A DNA stretch of 64,000 nt from Candidatus Omnitrophota bacterium (lineage in GTDB: Bacteria > Omnitrophota > Gorgyraeia > JABMRN01 > RBG-13-46-9): assembly GCA_043817155.1 (NCBI GenBank), contig JBDRHE010000087.1:983-64982 (forward strand), given 5' to 3'. Positions 1 through 9,760 of the stretch are shown one piece after another. The notes under the pieces were generated by a model. That model was given only the letters and a program-made list of their open reading frames with translations. It was not told the origin of the DNA and made no database searches. Within the stretch, counting starts at the first letter, position 1. Each line of letters starts with the position of its first letter. Both the position numbers and the translations under genes were made by a program.

Positions 1-59
1 CGGGCCTCGGAGAGATTGCTTCGGCACGCTCCGGATAACAAGGTGCCTCGCAAAGACGA
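1..59. repeat. Family-A modular repeat, partial copy cut by the window edge (R-arm GAGATTGCTTCGGCACGCTC...GGTGCCTCGCAAAGACGA)
   Basis: Near-identical to the R-arms at 23757-23803, 27115-27156, 28934-28978, 47791-47896. Confidence 0.7.
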
Positions 60-80
60 ATAATTGAACTCAGAATAGTA

Positions 81-109
81 TTGACATATAGAAGACCCTG
101 TGTTTAAAT
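81..109 (+). promoter_or_regulatory. Sigma70-like promoter, TTGACA-N17-TTAAAT, upstream of thi4
   Basis: Hexamers 81-86 and 104-109; RBS AAGGAGGTG at 116-125. Confidence 0.4.
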
Positions 110-133
110 ACGAAATCAAGGAGGTGCGTTATC

Positions 134-961
134 ATGTTTAAGAAAGTAAGCGAAGCGAGCATAAGTAGAGCAATTGTAAGGGATTTTTCAAAGTGGTTTG
201 ATGATTATATTACCTCAGATGTTATTGTAGTAGGCGGAGGGCCGAGTGGGCTTATTGCTGCCAGGGAGCTTGCAAAGAAGAATCTAAAGACTCTCGTAAT
301 CGAGAGCAATAATTATCTCGGTGGAGGTTTCTGGATCGGTGGATATTTAATGAACACCTTAACTTTCAGATCTCCCGCGGAGAGTGTGCTTGATGAACTT
401 GGGATACAGTACGAAGAGGCCGAAGAAGGACTCTTCACAGCGATGGGTCCCAATGCCTGTTCAAAACTCATTTCAGCAGCTTGTGATGCCGGGGTTAAGA
501 TACTCAATATGACCAAGTTCGATGACGTAGTATACAGAAATAATAAGGTTGAGGGCGTGGTTGTTAACTGGACGCCCGTATCCGCTCTCCCAAGGCAGAT
601 CACCTGTGTGGATCCTATCGCGCTTGAAAGCAAGATCGTTATTGATGCAACAGGCCACGACGCGTGCGTATGCAAGAGCCTTGCGAAGAGGAATATTATT
701 AAGCTAGCGGATTTCGGTCCCATGGATGTTCAGACTTCGGAAGACCTTGTAGTAGAGAAGACAGGCCAGATCCATCCGGGTCTTGTAGTTATGGGCATGG
801 CAGTCTCTACGGCTTATGGTATACCACGTATGGGCCCGACCTTCGGCGGAATGCTACTTTCCGGGAAGAAGGGCGCAAAGGTTGTAAGCGACATACTGTC
901 AAATGGTGGCGCTCAGCCTAAGCCGCATTGTGTTCCCACAAGAGAGACAGCAGCAGTATAA
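134..961 (+). CDS. thi4: Thi4-family thiazole synthase (archaeal-type, sulfide-dependent)
   Basis: GGGPSGL dinucleotide-binding motif and the conserved PRMGPTFGGM region. Confidence 0.85.
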   Translation: MFKKVSEASISRAIVRDFSKWFDDYITSDVIVVGGGPSGLIAARELAKKNLKTLVIESNNYLGGGFWIGGYLMNTLTFRSPAESVLDELGIQYEEAEEGLFTAMGPNACSKLISAACDAGVKILNMTKFDDVVYRNNKVEGVVVNWTPVSALPRQITCVDPIALESKIVIDATGHDACVCKSLAKRNIIKLADFGPMDVQTSEDLVVEKTGQIHPGLVVMGMAVSTAYGIPRMGPTFGGMLLSGKKGAKVVSDILSNGGAQPKPHCVPTRETAAV

Positions 962-1003
962 ATTAGAAGCAATCCGGACACAGAAGACATTTCAATGCAA
1001 GAA

Positions 1004-1045
1004 GTAGGGGAGGTTTAAACCTCCCCTACTTTGTCCTGCTTTTGC
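1004..1045 (+). terminator. Rho-independent terminator after thi4
   Basis: Perfect 10-bp stem GTAGGGGAGG/CCTCCCCTAC with loop TTTAAA, followed by TTTGTCCTGCTTTT. Confidence 0.7.
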
Positions 1046-1083
1046 GTTCTTCGCGGCATTTTTGCTGGCCGCAACCGAACAAT

Positions 1084-1243
1084 AATCAAGTCCCGGGCTT
1101 GATTAAAGAGGTTTACCTAGAAAGCCCGGGACTTGATTCGGGTAAATGTGTTTGCATTACAGCCCCGGGCTTTTTATCAGCAGAAGCTTATCAAGCTTCT
1201 GTTGCTTACACGATAACCTCTGTTATCCAAGCACGGGGCTGGA
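1084..1243. repeat. Family-C nested palindromes (CAAGTCCCGGGCTTG arms; central CAGCAGAAGCTTATCAAGCTTCTG palindrome)
   Basis: Inverted arms around TAAAGAGGTTTACCTAG; related copies at 2659-2848, 9598-9652, 61727-61810. Confidence 0.7.
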
Positions 1244-1259
1244 ATGCCTTTAAAAAATT

Positions 1260-2654
1260 ATGAAAAAATATATCTTTACAACATTCCAAACCACACAAGC
1301 GGTTATGGAAGCAAAAGACGCGCTGGATGAAGAGCGCGTAAAGTGTGAACTCATTTCAAAACCCGTTGGACTTGGCGCCGGATGCGGTATCGCATTAAAA
1401 TACGAGAGCTGTGACAGTGGGAAGGTTATGGATTTACTTAAGGAGAAGACAGCTGGCGCTATGAACACTTATCCTTTTCCTTATCCCGAGGGGGAGACCT
1501 ACGGGAATGTCACAAAGCGCATATATCTGGATCATAACGCTACTACACCCGTGGATCCAAGAGTGCTGGAAGCGATGCTACCGTTCTACAGAGACACATA
1601 TGGGAATCCATCGAGCATACACTCTTTTGGTCGTGATGCAAAGGTGGCTATGGAAGAAGCCAGGTTGACAGTAGCAAATATTATCGGCGCAACCTCAGGC
1701 GAGATAGTATTTACTTCCGGGGGAACGGAATCGAACAATCTGGCTATAAAGGGTGTAGCCAAGGCGCTCCGGGATAAAGGGAAGCATATTATTACCTCTT
1801 CGATCGAGCACCACGCGGTATTAAATGTATGCCAGGATCTTGAACGAGAAGGTTTCAGTATAACCTATATACCGGTCGACAGGTTTGGCATGGTGGATCC
1901 GGAAGACGTAAAGAAGGCTATACGTAAGGACACGATCTTAATAACTGTGATGCATGCAAACAATGAGGTAGGTACCATCGAGCCTGTATCCGATATAGGC
2001 AGGATCGCCAGGGAGCGGATGGTAATATTCCATACAGACGCAGCGCAATCAATAGGCAAGATACAGGTCAATGTGGATAGGATGAATGTAGACCTGCTAT
2101 CTTTATCGAGCCACAAATTCTATGGACCCAAGGGCGCGGGGGCACTCTATGTACGAAAAGGCGTAAAGATCGCGCCTATTGTCCTGGGGGGTGAACATGA
2201 GAGGCGCCTCAGGGCAGGAACGGAGAACGCGCCCGGGATAGTTGGGTTGGGAAAGGCTATAGAGGTGGCTGTTTCGGAAATGAAAGAGACGAGCGAGCTA
2301 TCCGCCGCTTTGAGAAATAGGCTTGAAGATGGTATAAGGAGAAGCATAAGCAAGGTACAGATAAACGGACATCCTGAAAAAAGGCTTCCGAATACATCGA
2401 GCATAAGTTTTGAATCTATAGATAGCGAATCTGCGATCCTTTATCTGGATAGCCAGGGGATCGCTCTTTCCACGGGAAGCGCTTGCAGCTCAGGATCCAT
2501 CGAACCCTCTCATGTTTTAACGGCCATGGATGTGTCCGGGTCACTGGCTAAAGGGACTTTGAGGTTCTCTCTCGGCAGGGGTAACACCGAAAAAGAGATA
2601 GATAAAACTGTTGCCGAGCTTGTAAAGGTCGTTTCGAAGTTGAGGAAACTCTAA
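1260..2654 (+). CDS. nifS: Cysteine desulfurase NifS with an N-terminal DUF3343-like (putative S/Se carrier) domain fused
   Basis: N-terminal ~75 aa (KPVGLGAGCGIAL) resembles DUF3343; remainder is class-I NifS with the PLP lysine in SSHKFYGPKG. Confidence 0.8.
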   Translation: MKKYIFTTFQTTQAVMEAKDALDEERVKCELISKPVGLGAGCGIALKYESCDSGKVMDLLKEKTAGAMNTYPFPYPEGETYGNVTKRIYLDHNATTPVDPRVLEAMLPFYRDTYGNPSSIHSFGRDAKVAMEEARLTVANIIGATSGEIVFTSGGTESNNLAIKGVAKALRDKGKHIITSSIEHHAVLNVCQDLEREGFSITYIPVDRFGMVDPEDVKKAIRKDTILITVMHANNEVGTIEPVSDIGRIARERMVIFHTDAAQSIGKIQVNVDRMNVDLLSLSSHKFYGPKGAGALYVRKGVKIAPIVLGGEHERRLRAGTENAPGIVGLGKAIEVAVSEMKETSELSAALRNRLEDGIRRSISKVQINGHPEKRLPNTSSISFESIDSESAILYLDSQGIALSTGSACSSGSIEPSHVLTAMDVSGSLAKGTLRFSLGRGNTEKEIDKTVAELVKVVSKLRKL

Positions 2655-2658
2655 TGCA

Positions 2659-2848
2659 TTCAAGCCCCGAGCTTAGATAAAAGAGGTTATCGTAAGAAGC
2701 CCGGGGCTTGAATGTCGACAAATTTGACAAAATCATGTCCCGGGCTTTCTATCAGCAGAAGCTTATCAAGCTTCTGCTGCTTACAGGACAACCTCTTTAA
2801 TCAAGCCCGGGACATGATCTGCAATCTAAGCCGGGGCTTGAATACCGG
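2659..2848. repeat. Family-C nested palindromes, second copy
   Basis: Outer arms TTCAAGCCCCGAGCTTAG/CTAAGCCGGGGCTTGAA, inner ATCATGTCCCGGGCTTTC/AAGCCCGGGACATGAT, central perfect palindrome CAGCAGAAGCTTATCAAGCTTCTGCTG. Confidence 0.7.
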
Positions 2849-2871
2849 CACATTAATAAACGGAGTAATTA

Positions 2872-3873
2872 ATGACTAAAGCAATAGCATTACTTTCAGG
2901 TGGATTGGACAGCATATTGGCTGTGAGATTAATGAGGGAGCAGGGGATAGATGTCGAAGCCCTGAACTTCCTTACCGTATTTTGCAACTGCACCTCCAAA
3001 GGGAAGACCTGCCTTGCCAGTAAATCCGCCGCGGATCAGCTCGGGGTAAAACTTAAAGTTTTTGAGATCTCGGAGGAATATCTCGACATAATAAAGAGAC
3101 CGAAACACGGCTATGGACGTAATATGAATCCGTGCCTGGATTGCAGGATACTCATATTTAAGAAAGCCGGTGAATATATGAAAGAGACAGGGGCATCTTT
3201 TATAATAACAGGCGAAGTTCTGGGCGAACGTCCAATGTCTCAAAGAATGGATGCCATGATGCTCATAGAGAAGGAGAGCGGGCTTGACGGCCTTATCTTA
3301 AGACCGCTCTCTGCTAAGCTAATGGAGCCGTCCATACCCGAAAAGGAGGGTCTTGTCGATAGAGAGAAGCTCCTTGAAATTAAGGGACGTTCGAGGAAAC
3401 CACAGATCGCTCTTGCAAAGGAATTCGGTATTAACGATTATCCCTGCCCGGCCGGTGGGTGCCTGTTAACAGATATCGGTTTTGGCAATAGGATGCGGGA
3501 TCTTCTTTTGCATGAGCCAAATTTCACGCTGAATGATGTGCAATTCTTGAAGACGGGAAGGCATTTCAGGTTGATGCCAAACGCCAAACTTATCGTAGGG
3601 CGGGATGAAAAGGAGAACGAGAGGTTGGGGAGTCTATCGAAGAGAGGCGACTTATGCTTCTACCCCGAAGATACTAACGGGCCAACAGGCATAGGTAGGG
3701 GCGATTTTGACAAGGACCTGATCCTCAGGGCCGCGGGCATAATAGCCAGGTATAGCGACAAAACAGGCCGTGATCTTCTCAAGATCGGATACAAGAAGAG
3801 TGGCGATGAAGAGACATCATACGTGGATGCTGCGCCTATAGAAGATGAACATCTGACAGGACTCAGGCTTTGA
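2872..3873 (+). CDS. PP-loop ATPase, probable sulfurtransferase (ThiI-like family without THUMP domain)
   Basis: SGGLDS PP-loop; ITGEVLGERPMSQ resembles the ThiI GESLGQVASQ motif; Cys-rich (CNC, CLDC, CPAGGC). Confidence 0.5.
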   Translation: MTKAIALLSGGLDSILAVRLMREQGIDVEALNFLTVFCNCTSKGKTCLASKSAADQLGVKLKVFEISEEYLDIIKRPKHGYGRNMNPCLDCRILIFKKAGEYMKETGASFIITGEVLGERPMSQRMDAMMLIEKESGLDGLILRPLSAKLMEPSIPEKEGLVDREKLLEIKGRSRKPQIALAKEFGINDYPCPAGGCLLTDIGFGNRMRDLLLHEPNFTLNDVQFLKTGRHFRLMPNAKLIVGRDEKENERLGSLSKRGDLCFYPEDTNGPTGIGRGDFDKDLILRAAGIIARYSDKTGRDLLKIGYKKSGDEETSYVDAAPIEDEHLTGLRL

Positions 3874-3952
3874 TACTGCAAATTTGCTTGCCAGACACCT
3901 TTTTATATGCTATAAAAATCATGATAGTAAAGCATTTGCTGTAGGGGAGCTA

Positions 3953-4267
3953 ATGAAACAGAAGCACAGGGATCCCGTTTATACAATAGGCATTGCAGCC
4001 AAGCTGCTTAAGGTGTGCTCTGCTACGCTCAGGATATGGGAGAAGAAGGGGCTCATCAAGCCGACACGCCTGGGCAAAAACAGATTCTATTCTCAATATG
4101 ACATTGAGCAGCTGGAATATATAAAGATGCTGCTTCAGGAGAAGAGACTGAATATAGAGGGCGTAAGGGAGATACTCAAAAGCTCCAAAAAATGCTGGAA
4201 AATCAAAAAATGCAAAATGGAAGAGAGAAAAGCGTGTCCGGTATATCTTGAGTACGGAAACGCTTGA
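3953..4267 (+). CDS. MerR-family transcriptional regulator with a Cys-rich C-terminus
   Basis: MerR HTH (YTIGIAAKLLKVCSATLRIWEKKGLIKP); C-terminal CWKIKKCKMEERKACPVY; first ATG after the track's upstream start. Confidence 0.75.
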   Translation: MKQKHRDPVYTIGIAAKLLKVCSATLRIWEKKGLIKPTRLGKNRFYSQYDIEQLEYIKMLLQEKRLNIEGVREILKSSKKCWKIKKCKMEERKACPVYLEYGNA

Positions 4268-4287
4268 TCTAGACGATTGGAGATAGC

Positions 4288-5142
4288 ATGTGGGAATACA
4301 CTGATAAGGTAAGAGAGCACTTTAAGGATCCAAAGAATGTCGGAGAGATAAAGGATCCCGATGCTGTCGGTGAAATAGGCAATATAATTTGCGGGGACGC
4401 CCTGCGTCTCACCTTGCGGATAGAGAAGAAGACGGAAAAAATTCTGGATGCCAAATTCAAGACATTCGGTTGCGCAAGTGCGATCGCATCATCATCGGCC
4501 CTTACAGAGATGATAAAAGGCATGACAATAGAGGAAGCCTCAAAGGTGACAAATGAGGACATAGCAAAATTTCTGGGTGGCCTTCCGGAAGAGAAGATGC
4601 ATTGCTCGGTTATGGGTATGGAGGCGCTCGAGAAGGCTCTCGAGAATTACAAAGGAGCCCCGCTAACAAAGAAGATGGTAGGCGAAGAGAGAATAATCTG
4701 TAAGTGCTTTAGCGTAACGGATAAGAAGATCATCCGGGCGATAAAAGAGAATAACCTAAGGACCCTTGAAGAGGTAACCAATTATACTAAAGCTGGTGGG
4801 GGCTGTGGTAAATGCAAACCGGAGATCGAGAAACTGCTTAACGAATTCTGGAAGAAAGAGATCACGAGGGGGACCAAACCGAAGACCCGCCCGACTAAGA
4901 AACTTACCAATCTCGAAAGAATATCACTGATCCAGAATACTATCGACAGGGAGATCCGTCCTAGCCTCAAGGCTGACGGGGGAGACATAGAGGTCGTAGA
5001 TATAGACCGTAAGAAGGTTTATGTGAGGCTTCTGGGAACGTGCCTCGGTTGCCCTTCAACCGACATTACATTAAAGGCATTCGTAGAGTCCAAATTGAAA
5101 GAGTTTGTGGAAGAGGATATCGTTGTCGAGGAGGTCAAATGA
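4288..5142 (+). CDS. nifU: NifU Fe-S cluster scaffold (IscU-like, BFD-like [2Fe-2S] and NifU C-terminal domains)
   Basis: N-terminal GDALRLTL...GCASAIASSSA (IscU); central CKCF...GGGCGKC (BFD); C-terminal LGTCLGCPS (Nfu). Confidence 0.9.
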   Translation: MWEYTDKVREHFKDPKNVGEIKDPDAVGEIGNIICGDALRLTLRIEKKTEKILDAKFKTFGCASAIASSSALTEMIKGMTIEEASKVTNEDIAKFLGGLPEEKMHCSVMGMEALEKALENYKGAPLTKKMVGEERIICKCFSVTDKKIIRAIKENNLRTLEEVTNYTKAGGGCGKCKPEIEKLLNEFWKKEITRGTKPKTRPTKKLTNLERISLIQNTIDREIRPSLKADGGDIEVVDIDRKKVYVRLLGTCLGCPSTDITLKAFVESKLKEFVEEDIVVEEVK

Positions 5143-6302
5143 CCAAGGTCATTTACGCTGATAATAACGCTACTTCAAAAGTTGCCCCGGAAGTATTTGA
5201 AGCGATGAGACCGTATCTGACCGAAGATTACGGAAATCCATCGAGCATGCATACTTTTGGCGGAAAGATACATAGCGCAATTGAAAAGGCGAGGGCTCGT
5301 GTGGCAGACCTACTCGGAGCAAATGACCCGAGTGAGATAATATTTACCAGCTGTGGCACAGAGAGTGACAACGCCGCGATCATAAGTACTCTAAGATCAT
5401 ATCCCGAGAAGAGGCATATTATTACTACAAAGGTGGAGCACCCGGCGGTGCTAAATCTATGTAAATACCTGGAGACGGTAGGGTACCGGGTTACATATCT
5501 TGGGGTAGACGGTGAGGGCATGCTGGACCTAAACGAACTTAAGAATGCCATAGATCACGATACTGCCGTTATATCTATAATGTACGCCAATAATGAGACG
5601 GGAGCGATATTTCCGGTAGAAGAGATCGCCGAAATTGCCAGAGTAAGAGAGGTCGTATTTCATACGGATGCGGTGCAGGCTCTCGGGAAGATACCGTTTA
5701 GATTGACCGAACTGCCGGTAGACCTTTTATCCATATCGGGCCACAAGATACACGCGCCGAAGGGCGTGGGGGCGCTCTATGTGCGCAAGGGTACGAAGTT
5801 TACGCCTTTTATCATTGGTGGTCATCAGGAGCATGGCAGAAGAGGCGGTACGGAGAATGTGGCATCCATAGCGGGTTTGGGAGAGGCGTGTGTCCTGGCG
5901 AAGAAGGGTATCGAAGAAGAGGATGGCCGGGTCAGTAGAATGCGTGATAAATTAGAGAACTCTATCTTAAAGAACGTGCCAAACACAAGGGTTAACGGAA
6001 GCAAGAAGAATAGGCTTCCGAATACAACGAATATAGGATTCGAATATATAGAAGGAGAGGCAATTCTTCTAATGCTCGATGAGAAGGGGATAGCCGCTTC
6101 GTCAGGTTCGGCCTGCACATCAGGGTCACTTGCGCCTTCCCATGTGTTAAGAGCGATGGGGATCCCTTTTACATTTATTCAAGGATCTTTGCGCCTTAGT
6201 CTGAGCCGTTATAATACGGCCGAGGATATAGATTATATATTAAAAGAACTTCCCGGGATCATAAGCCGCTTAAGAGAGATATCGCCTTACGGGAGTAAAT
6301 AA
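5139..6302 (+). CDS. nifS: Cysteine desulfurase NifS (second copy)
   Basis: MTKVIYADNNATS start overlaps the nifU stop (ATGA); PLP lysine in SGHKIHAPKG; active-site SSGSACTS. Confidence 0.9.
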   Translation: MTKVIYADNNATSKVAPEVFEAMRPYLTEDYGNPSSMHTFGGKIHSAIEKARARVADLLGANDPSEIIFTSCGTESDNAAIISTLRSYPEKRHIITTKVEHPAVLNLCKYLETVGYRVTYLGVDGEGMLDLNELKNAIDHDTAVISIMYANNETGAIFPVEEIAEIARVREVVFHTDAVQALGKIPFRLTELPVDLLSISGHKIHAPKGVGALYVRKGTKFTPFIIGGHQEHGRRGGTENVASIAGLGEACVLAKKGIEEEDGRVSRMRDKLENSILKNVPNTRVNGSKKNRLPNTTNIGFEYIEGEAILLMLDEKGIAASSGSACTSGSLAPSHVLRAMGIPFTFIQGSLRLSLSRYNTAEDIDYILKELPGIISRLREISPYGSK

Positions 6303-6367
6303 AAGTTCGAACGGAGCCAAAAGCGACAGGCGCGTTACCTAAGTAACTGTCTTTTTTTGTTTGCACC

Positions 6368-6397
6368 TTGACATACCATAGGGGGGTATGGTATACT
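6368..6397 (+). promoter_or_regulatory. Promoter TTGACA-N18-TATACT containing the CsoR-type operator palindrome ATACCATA-GGGGGG-TATGGTAT
   Basis: Perfect 8-bp inverted repeat around a G6 tract (6373-6394) between the -35 and -10 hexamers, directly upstream of csoR. Confidence 0.65.
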
Positions 6398-6414
6398 TCA
6401 TTTAAGAGGTAAGC

Positions 6415-6699
6415 ATGAAACAGGGTATGGTTCATAAAGATCAGATCATATTTCTAAAACGAATTGAGGGACAAGTGCGGGGCGTCCTGAAGATGATCGA
6501 AGAGAGGAGATACTGCGTTGATATCTTAACGCAGCTTCACTCGATCGTTGGAGCGATATTACGGGTAGAGGATAAGGTCATGAGAAAGCATCTTGAAGGC
6601 TGCGTTTCCCAATCCCTTAAAAGCAAGTCAGCGCTCGAAAGAAATGCCAAGATCGATGAGGTTATGGGGCTTATAAAAAGATTTAGAAGAGGCATGTAA
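6415..6699 (+). CDS. csoR: CsoR/RcnR-family metal-sensing transcriptional repressor
   Basis: RIEGQVRGVLKMIEERRYCVDILTQ core with conserved Cys/His positions. Confidence 0.75.
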   Translation: MKQGMVHKDQIIFLKRIEGQVRGVLKMIEERRYCVDILTQLHSIVGAILRVEDKVMRKHLEGCVSQSLKSKSALERNAKIDEVMGLIKRFRRGM

Positions 6700-6700
6700 A

Positions 6701-7963
6701 ATGAGTGTTAAAAAAGCATCAATAGTCGTTTCTCTTCTCTTTATATTACATGCGGCATGCGCATATTCTGAGGAGGGCATGGGTACAAGGCTGGGGTCGC
6801 TTATAGATGAAGCTTTGCTTAATAATCCGAAAGTGAAAGCAGAATATGATAAGTATAGCGCTAAGAGGTCAGAAGCAATACAGGTCGGCGCGCTGCCTGA
6901 CCCGAAACTCAGTTATTCATATTTCGGAGAGAGTGTCGAGACGAGAGTGGGGCCGCAAGAGAACAAGTATGGCGCATCCCAAACCATTCCTTTCCCGGGC
7001 AAGCTAATTCTTAAACGGCAGGCCGTTAAGAAGGAAGCGGCTATCCTGAAAGAGCGATATGAGGCGCAGAAGAGGGAACTCGAAAAGAATGTACGTTTCA
7101 CCTACTATGATATCTTCTGGATGGATAGGGCTATAGATATCACTCAGCAGGAGAAGAGCATTATCGATAATCTCGAAAAGGTGGCAAAGAAAAAATACGA
7201 AACTGCAATGTCCCCACAGCAGGATGTTATCAAGGCGCAGGTGGAGATTTCGAAACTTATCGATAAGCTATTTATGCTGAAGGCCCATAGGAAGAGTCTC
7301 GAGGCCAAGATGAATAGTCTTCTCTCCAGGCCAAAGGCGACACCGTTTGACAAGGTACAGGAGATAGATATAGAAGAGTTTGATTATTCACTTGCGGATC
7401 TGCACAAAATGGCAGGCAGAACCAGGCATGAATTGATCGCCGCGAATCTGGATATAGAGAGGGCAGAATATCAAAGGTCTCTGGCGAACCTCGACTTTCT
7501 GCCGGATTTCAGCTTCGGTTTCGATTATATAGATGTAGGAGATGGCAAGACAATGCAAGCTGATGACGGAAAGGACGCGTGGATGACCACATTTACTGTT
7601 AGCGTCCCGATCTGGCTAGATAAGCAGGTAGCCGGAGTAGAGGAGAAACAGGCAGTCTTGCGGTCAAGTAAAAGTAATTACGAAGATATTAAGAATACGG
7701 TCATCTACGAGGTAGAGGATATCTATTATAAGATAATTGCATATAGGGATATAGTCGGCCTGTATGAGACGGCCCTGGTTCCCCAGACAGAGCAGGCGTT
7801 TGAGGCGTCCAGGACAGCGTATGAAGCGGGAAAGGTAGACTTTTTAAATTGGCTTGACGCCGAGAGGGTGCTTTTGCAGACAAAGTTGGCGTATTATAAA
7901 TCGATAGTTGATTACGAGAAATCGATCGCATATCTTGAGCGCGTTGTCGGTCAGGATCTCTAA
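6701..7963 (+). CDS. Outer-membrane efflux protein (TolC/CusC family)
   Basis: Signal peptide; two OEP repeats; sits next to the RND and MFP genes. Confidence 0.8.
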   Translation: MSVKKASIVVSLLFILHAACAYSEEGMGTRLGSLIDEALLNNPKVKAEYDKYSAKRSEAIQVGALPDPKLSYSYFGESVETRVGPQENKYGASQTIPFPGKLILKRQAVKKEAAILKERYEAQKRELEKNVRFTYYDIFWMDRAIDITQQEKSIIDNLEKVAKKKYETAMSPQQDVIKAQVEISKLIDKLFMLKAHRKSLEAKMNSLLSRPKATPFDKVQEIDIEEFDYSLADLHKMAGRTRHELIAANLDIERAEYQRSLANLDFLPDFSFGFDYIDVGDGKTMQADDGKDAWMTTFTVSVPIWLDKQVAGVEEKQAVLRSSKSNYEDIKNTVIYEVEDIYYKIIAYRDIVGLYETALVPQTEQAFEASRTAYEAGKVDFLNWLDAERVLLQTKLAYYKSIVDYEKSIAYLERVVGQDL

Positions 7964-8028
7964 CTAGATTCTTGGTTTGCGGCTTTCGGTCTAGACAACA
8001 GACTGCTGAATCTACATTTTCGTACCTC

Positions 8029-8107
8029 TGTCATTCCCGCGTAAGCGGGAATCCAGAGTAGGGGGGCTCGTCTGAATCCCCGCTTTCGCGGGGATGACAT
8101 GTGGGAG
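8029..8107. repeat. Family-B REP-like element (TGTCATTCCCGCG-TAAG-CGGGAATCCAG ... CTGAATCCCCGC-TTTC-GCGGGGATGACATGTGGGAG)
   Basis: Two hairpins arranged as a larger inverted repeat; copies at 12939-13027, 26995-27074, 27764-27853, 27962-27997. Confidence 0.75.
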
Positions 8108-8127
8108 AAGCGGGGTGACACGAAAGA

Positions 8128-9588
8128 ATGGAGAAAATGATGAGAAAGAGTATACGTTCTATTATAATAGCTATCCTAGTTATCTTAATCGGCTTTTTTG
8201 CCTTCAGACATTTGTTTGGAAATAAGCCAACCGAGAACCGAGAACCGAGAACCGAGAACCGAGTAGAGTATTACACCTGTGGAATGCATCCGAGTGTAAA
8301 GATCTCACCGGAGGCTTACGACAAGGGCAGCGTAAATTGCCCGATATGTAATATGAAATTAGTGCCCGTATATTCCGCCGAAGGCGGATCCGCCTATGAC
8401 GGAAAGGAGGCCAAAACGAACGGGGCATCTAGAGAAAAAAAGATACTCTTTTATCGTAATCCCATGAATCCGAACATTACATCAAAAGAATCGGCCAAGG
8501 ATGAGATGGGCATGGAGTATATTCCTGTATATGAAGAGGCTGAAGAAGGCGGCGAGTATTATGGATGCGGCATGGAGGGCGAAGAACATCAATTCCTGAT
8601 GAAAGATGTTGAAGCCATGGACTGCCCTATATGCGGTATGCCCCTTAAGAAATTATCAAAAGAAGAAGCGGACAAATTAAAAGGCGTAGTTAGCAGGGTG
8701 AAGTTAGGCGAAAAATTGGCGGCATCAACAGGGGTGAGGACAGGGCTTGTTAGAAAGCTACGATTATATAAAGTAATCCGCACGGTAGGCAGTGTCGCAT
8801 ATGATCCTGAGCTTGCGATTACTCAAGAAGAATTTATATCCAGCCTTCGAGCGTTAGATGAAATGAAGGAAGGCAATATTCCAGAAATCAAGGAAAGAGC
8901 TCTTAAGCTTGTAGAATCATCCAAGAGGAAACTGAGGCTTTTAGGTTTAAGCATTGAGCAGATAGAGAAACTGGAGAGCAAAAGAGAGGTACAGACGAAC
9001 CTAATACTTCCGGAAGAGAAGATGTGGATTTACGGTGACGTATATGAATATGAACTTTCCTGGGTAAAGAAAGATGCGAAGGTAAAAGTTACTACCTCAA
9101 GCCTCCCGGGGGAAGAATTTAATGGGATCATTTCATCGTTAAATCCTGTATTAGACCGAAAGACGCGCACAGTACGATTTCGGGCCGAGGTTGACAATCC
9201 GGGCTTAAGACTAATACCTGAGATGTATGTCGATGTAGCCATTACGAGCATGTACAAAGGACCGGAAGACGAAGATATGGTCTTAGCTATCCCTAAGGAA
9301 GCTATCCTGGATACAGGTGTACGGAGAATTGTGTGGATTGATAAGGGGAATGGAGAATACGAAGGCAGAAGAGTCGAAATAGGTCCAGAGGCTACTTCCT
9401 CTATAAGCGGAGAAGAAGCCAAGTTCTACCCTGTGTTAAAAGGTCTAAAAGAGGGCGATCTTGTAGTAACAAAAGCGAACTTTTTGGTAGATTCCCAGAG
9501 CCAGCTTACAGGGGCAGCGGCCGTGGCATACGGAGGGGCGATAGGAGTAGACGAGGACAAAGAACCGAAGGGATCGCATTCACATTAA
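8128..9588 (+). CDS. Efflux RND periplasmic adaptor (CusB/CzcB family) with N-terminal heavy-metal-binding CxxC/MHP motifs
   Basis: YYTCGMHPSV...CPICNMKL and YYGCGM...CPICGMPL motifs; MFP beta-barrel/lipoyl region; contains the (AACCGAG)5 tract at 8229-8263. Confidence 0.8.
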   Translation: MEKMMRKSIRSIIIAILVILIGFFAFRHLFGNKPTENREPRTENRVEYYTCGMHPSVKISPEAYDKGSVNCPICNMKLVPVYSAEGGSAYDGKEAKTNGASREKKILFYRNPMNPNITSKESAKDEMGMEYIPVYEEAEEGGEYYGCGMEGEEHQFLMKDVEAMDCPICGMPLKKLSKEEADKLKGVVSRVKLGEKLAASTGVRTGLVRKLRLYKVIRTVGSVAYDPELAITQEEFISSLRALDEMKEGNIPEIKERALKLVESSKRKLRLLGLSIEQIEKLESKREVQTNLILPEEKMWIYGDVYEYELSWVKKDAKVKVTTSSLPGEEFNGIISSLNPVLDRKTRTVRFRAEVDNPGLRLIPEMYVDVAITSMYKGPEDEDMVLAIPKEAILDTGVRRIVWIDKGNGEYEGRRVEIGPEATSSISGEEAKFYPVLKGLKEGDLVVTKANFLVDSQSQLTGAAAVAYGGAIGVDEDKEPKGSHSH

Positions 9589-9597
9589 TGCGTTGCA

Positions 9598-9652
9598 TTC
9601 AAGTCCCGGGCTTGTTTAAAGTGGTTTACCTAGAAAGCCCGGGACTTGAATG
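9598..9652. repeat. Family-C palindrome, third copy
   Basis: TTCAAGTCCCGGGCTTG...AAGCCCGGGACTTGAATG; followed by two GGGGACAGTCCCC hairpins at 9685-9697 and 9714-9727. Confidence 0.7.
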
Positions 9653-9760
9653 TGAGCAAGCTCGGGATTATCGTTAATGTGAGAGGGGACAGTCCCCAGA
9701 GAAGGATTCCGGAGGGGGGACAGTCCCTATAGTGTTCGCAAAGACGAGTAAAAGGTAAAC

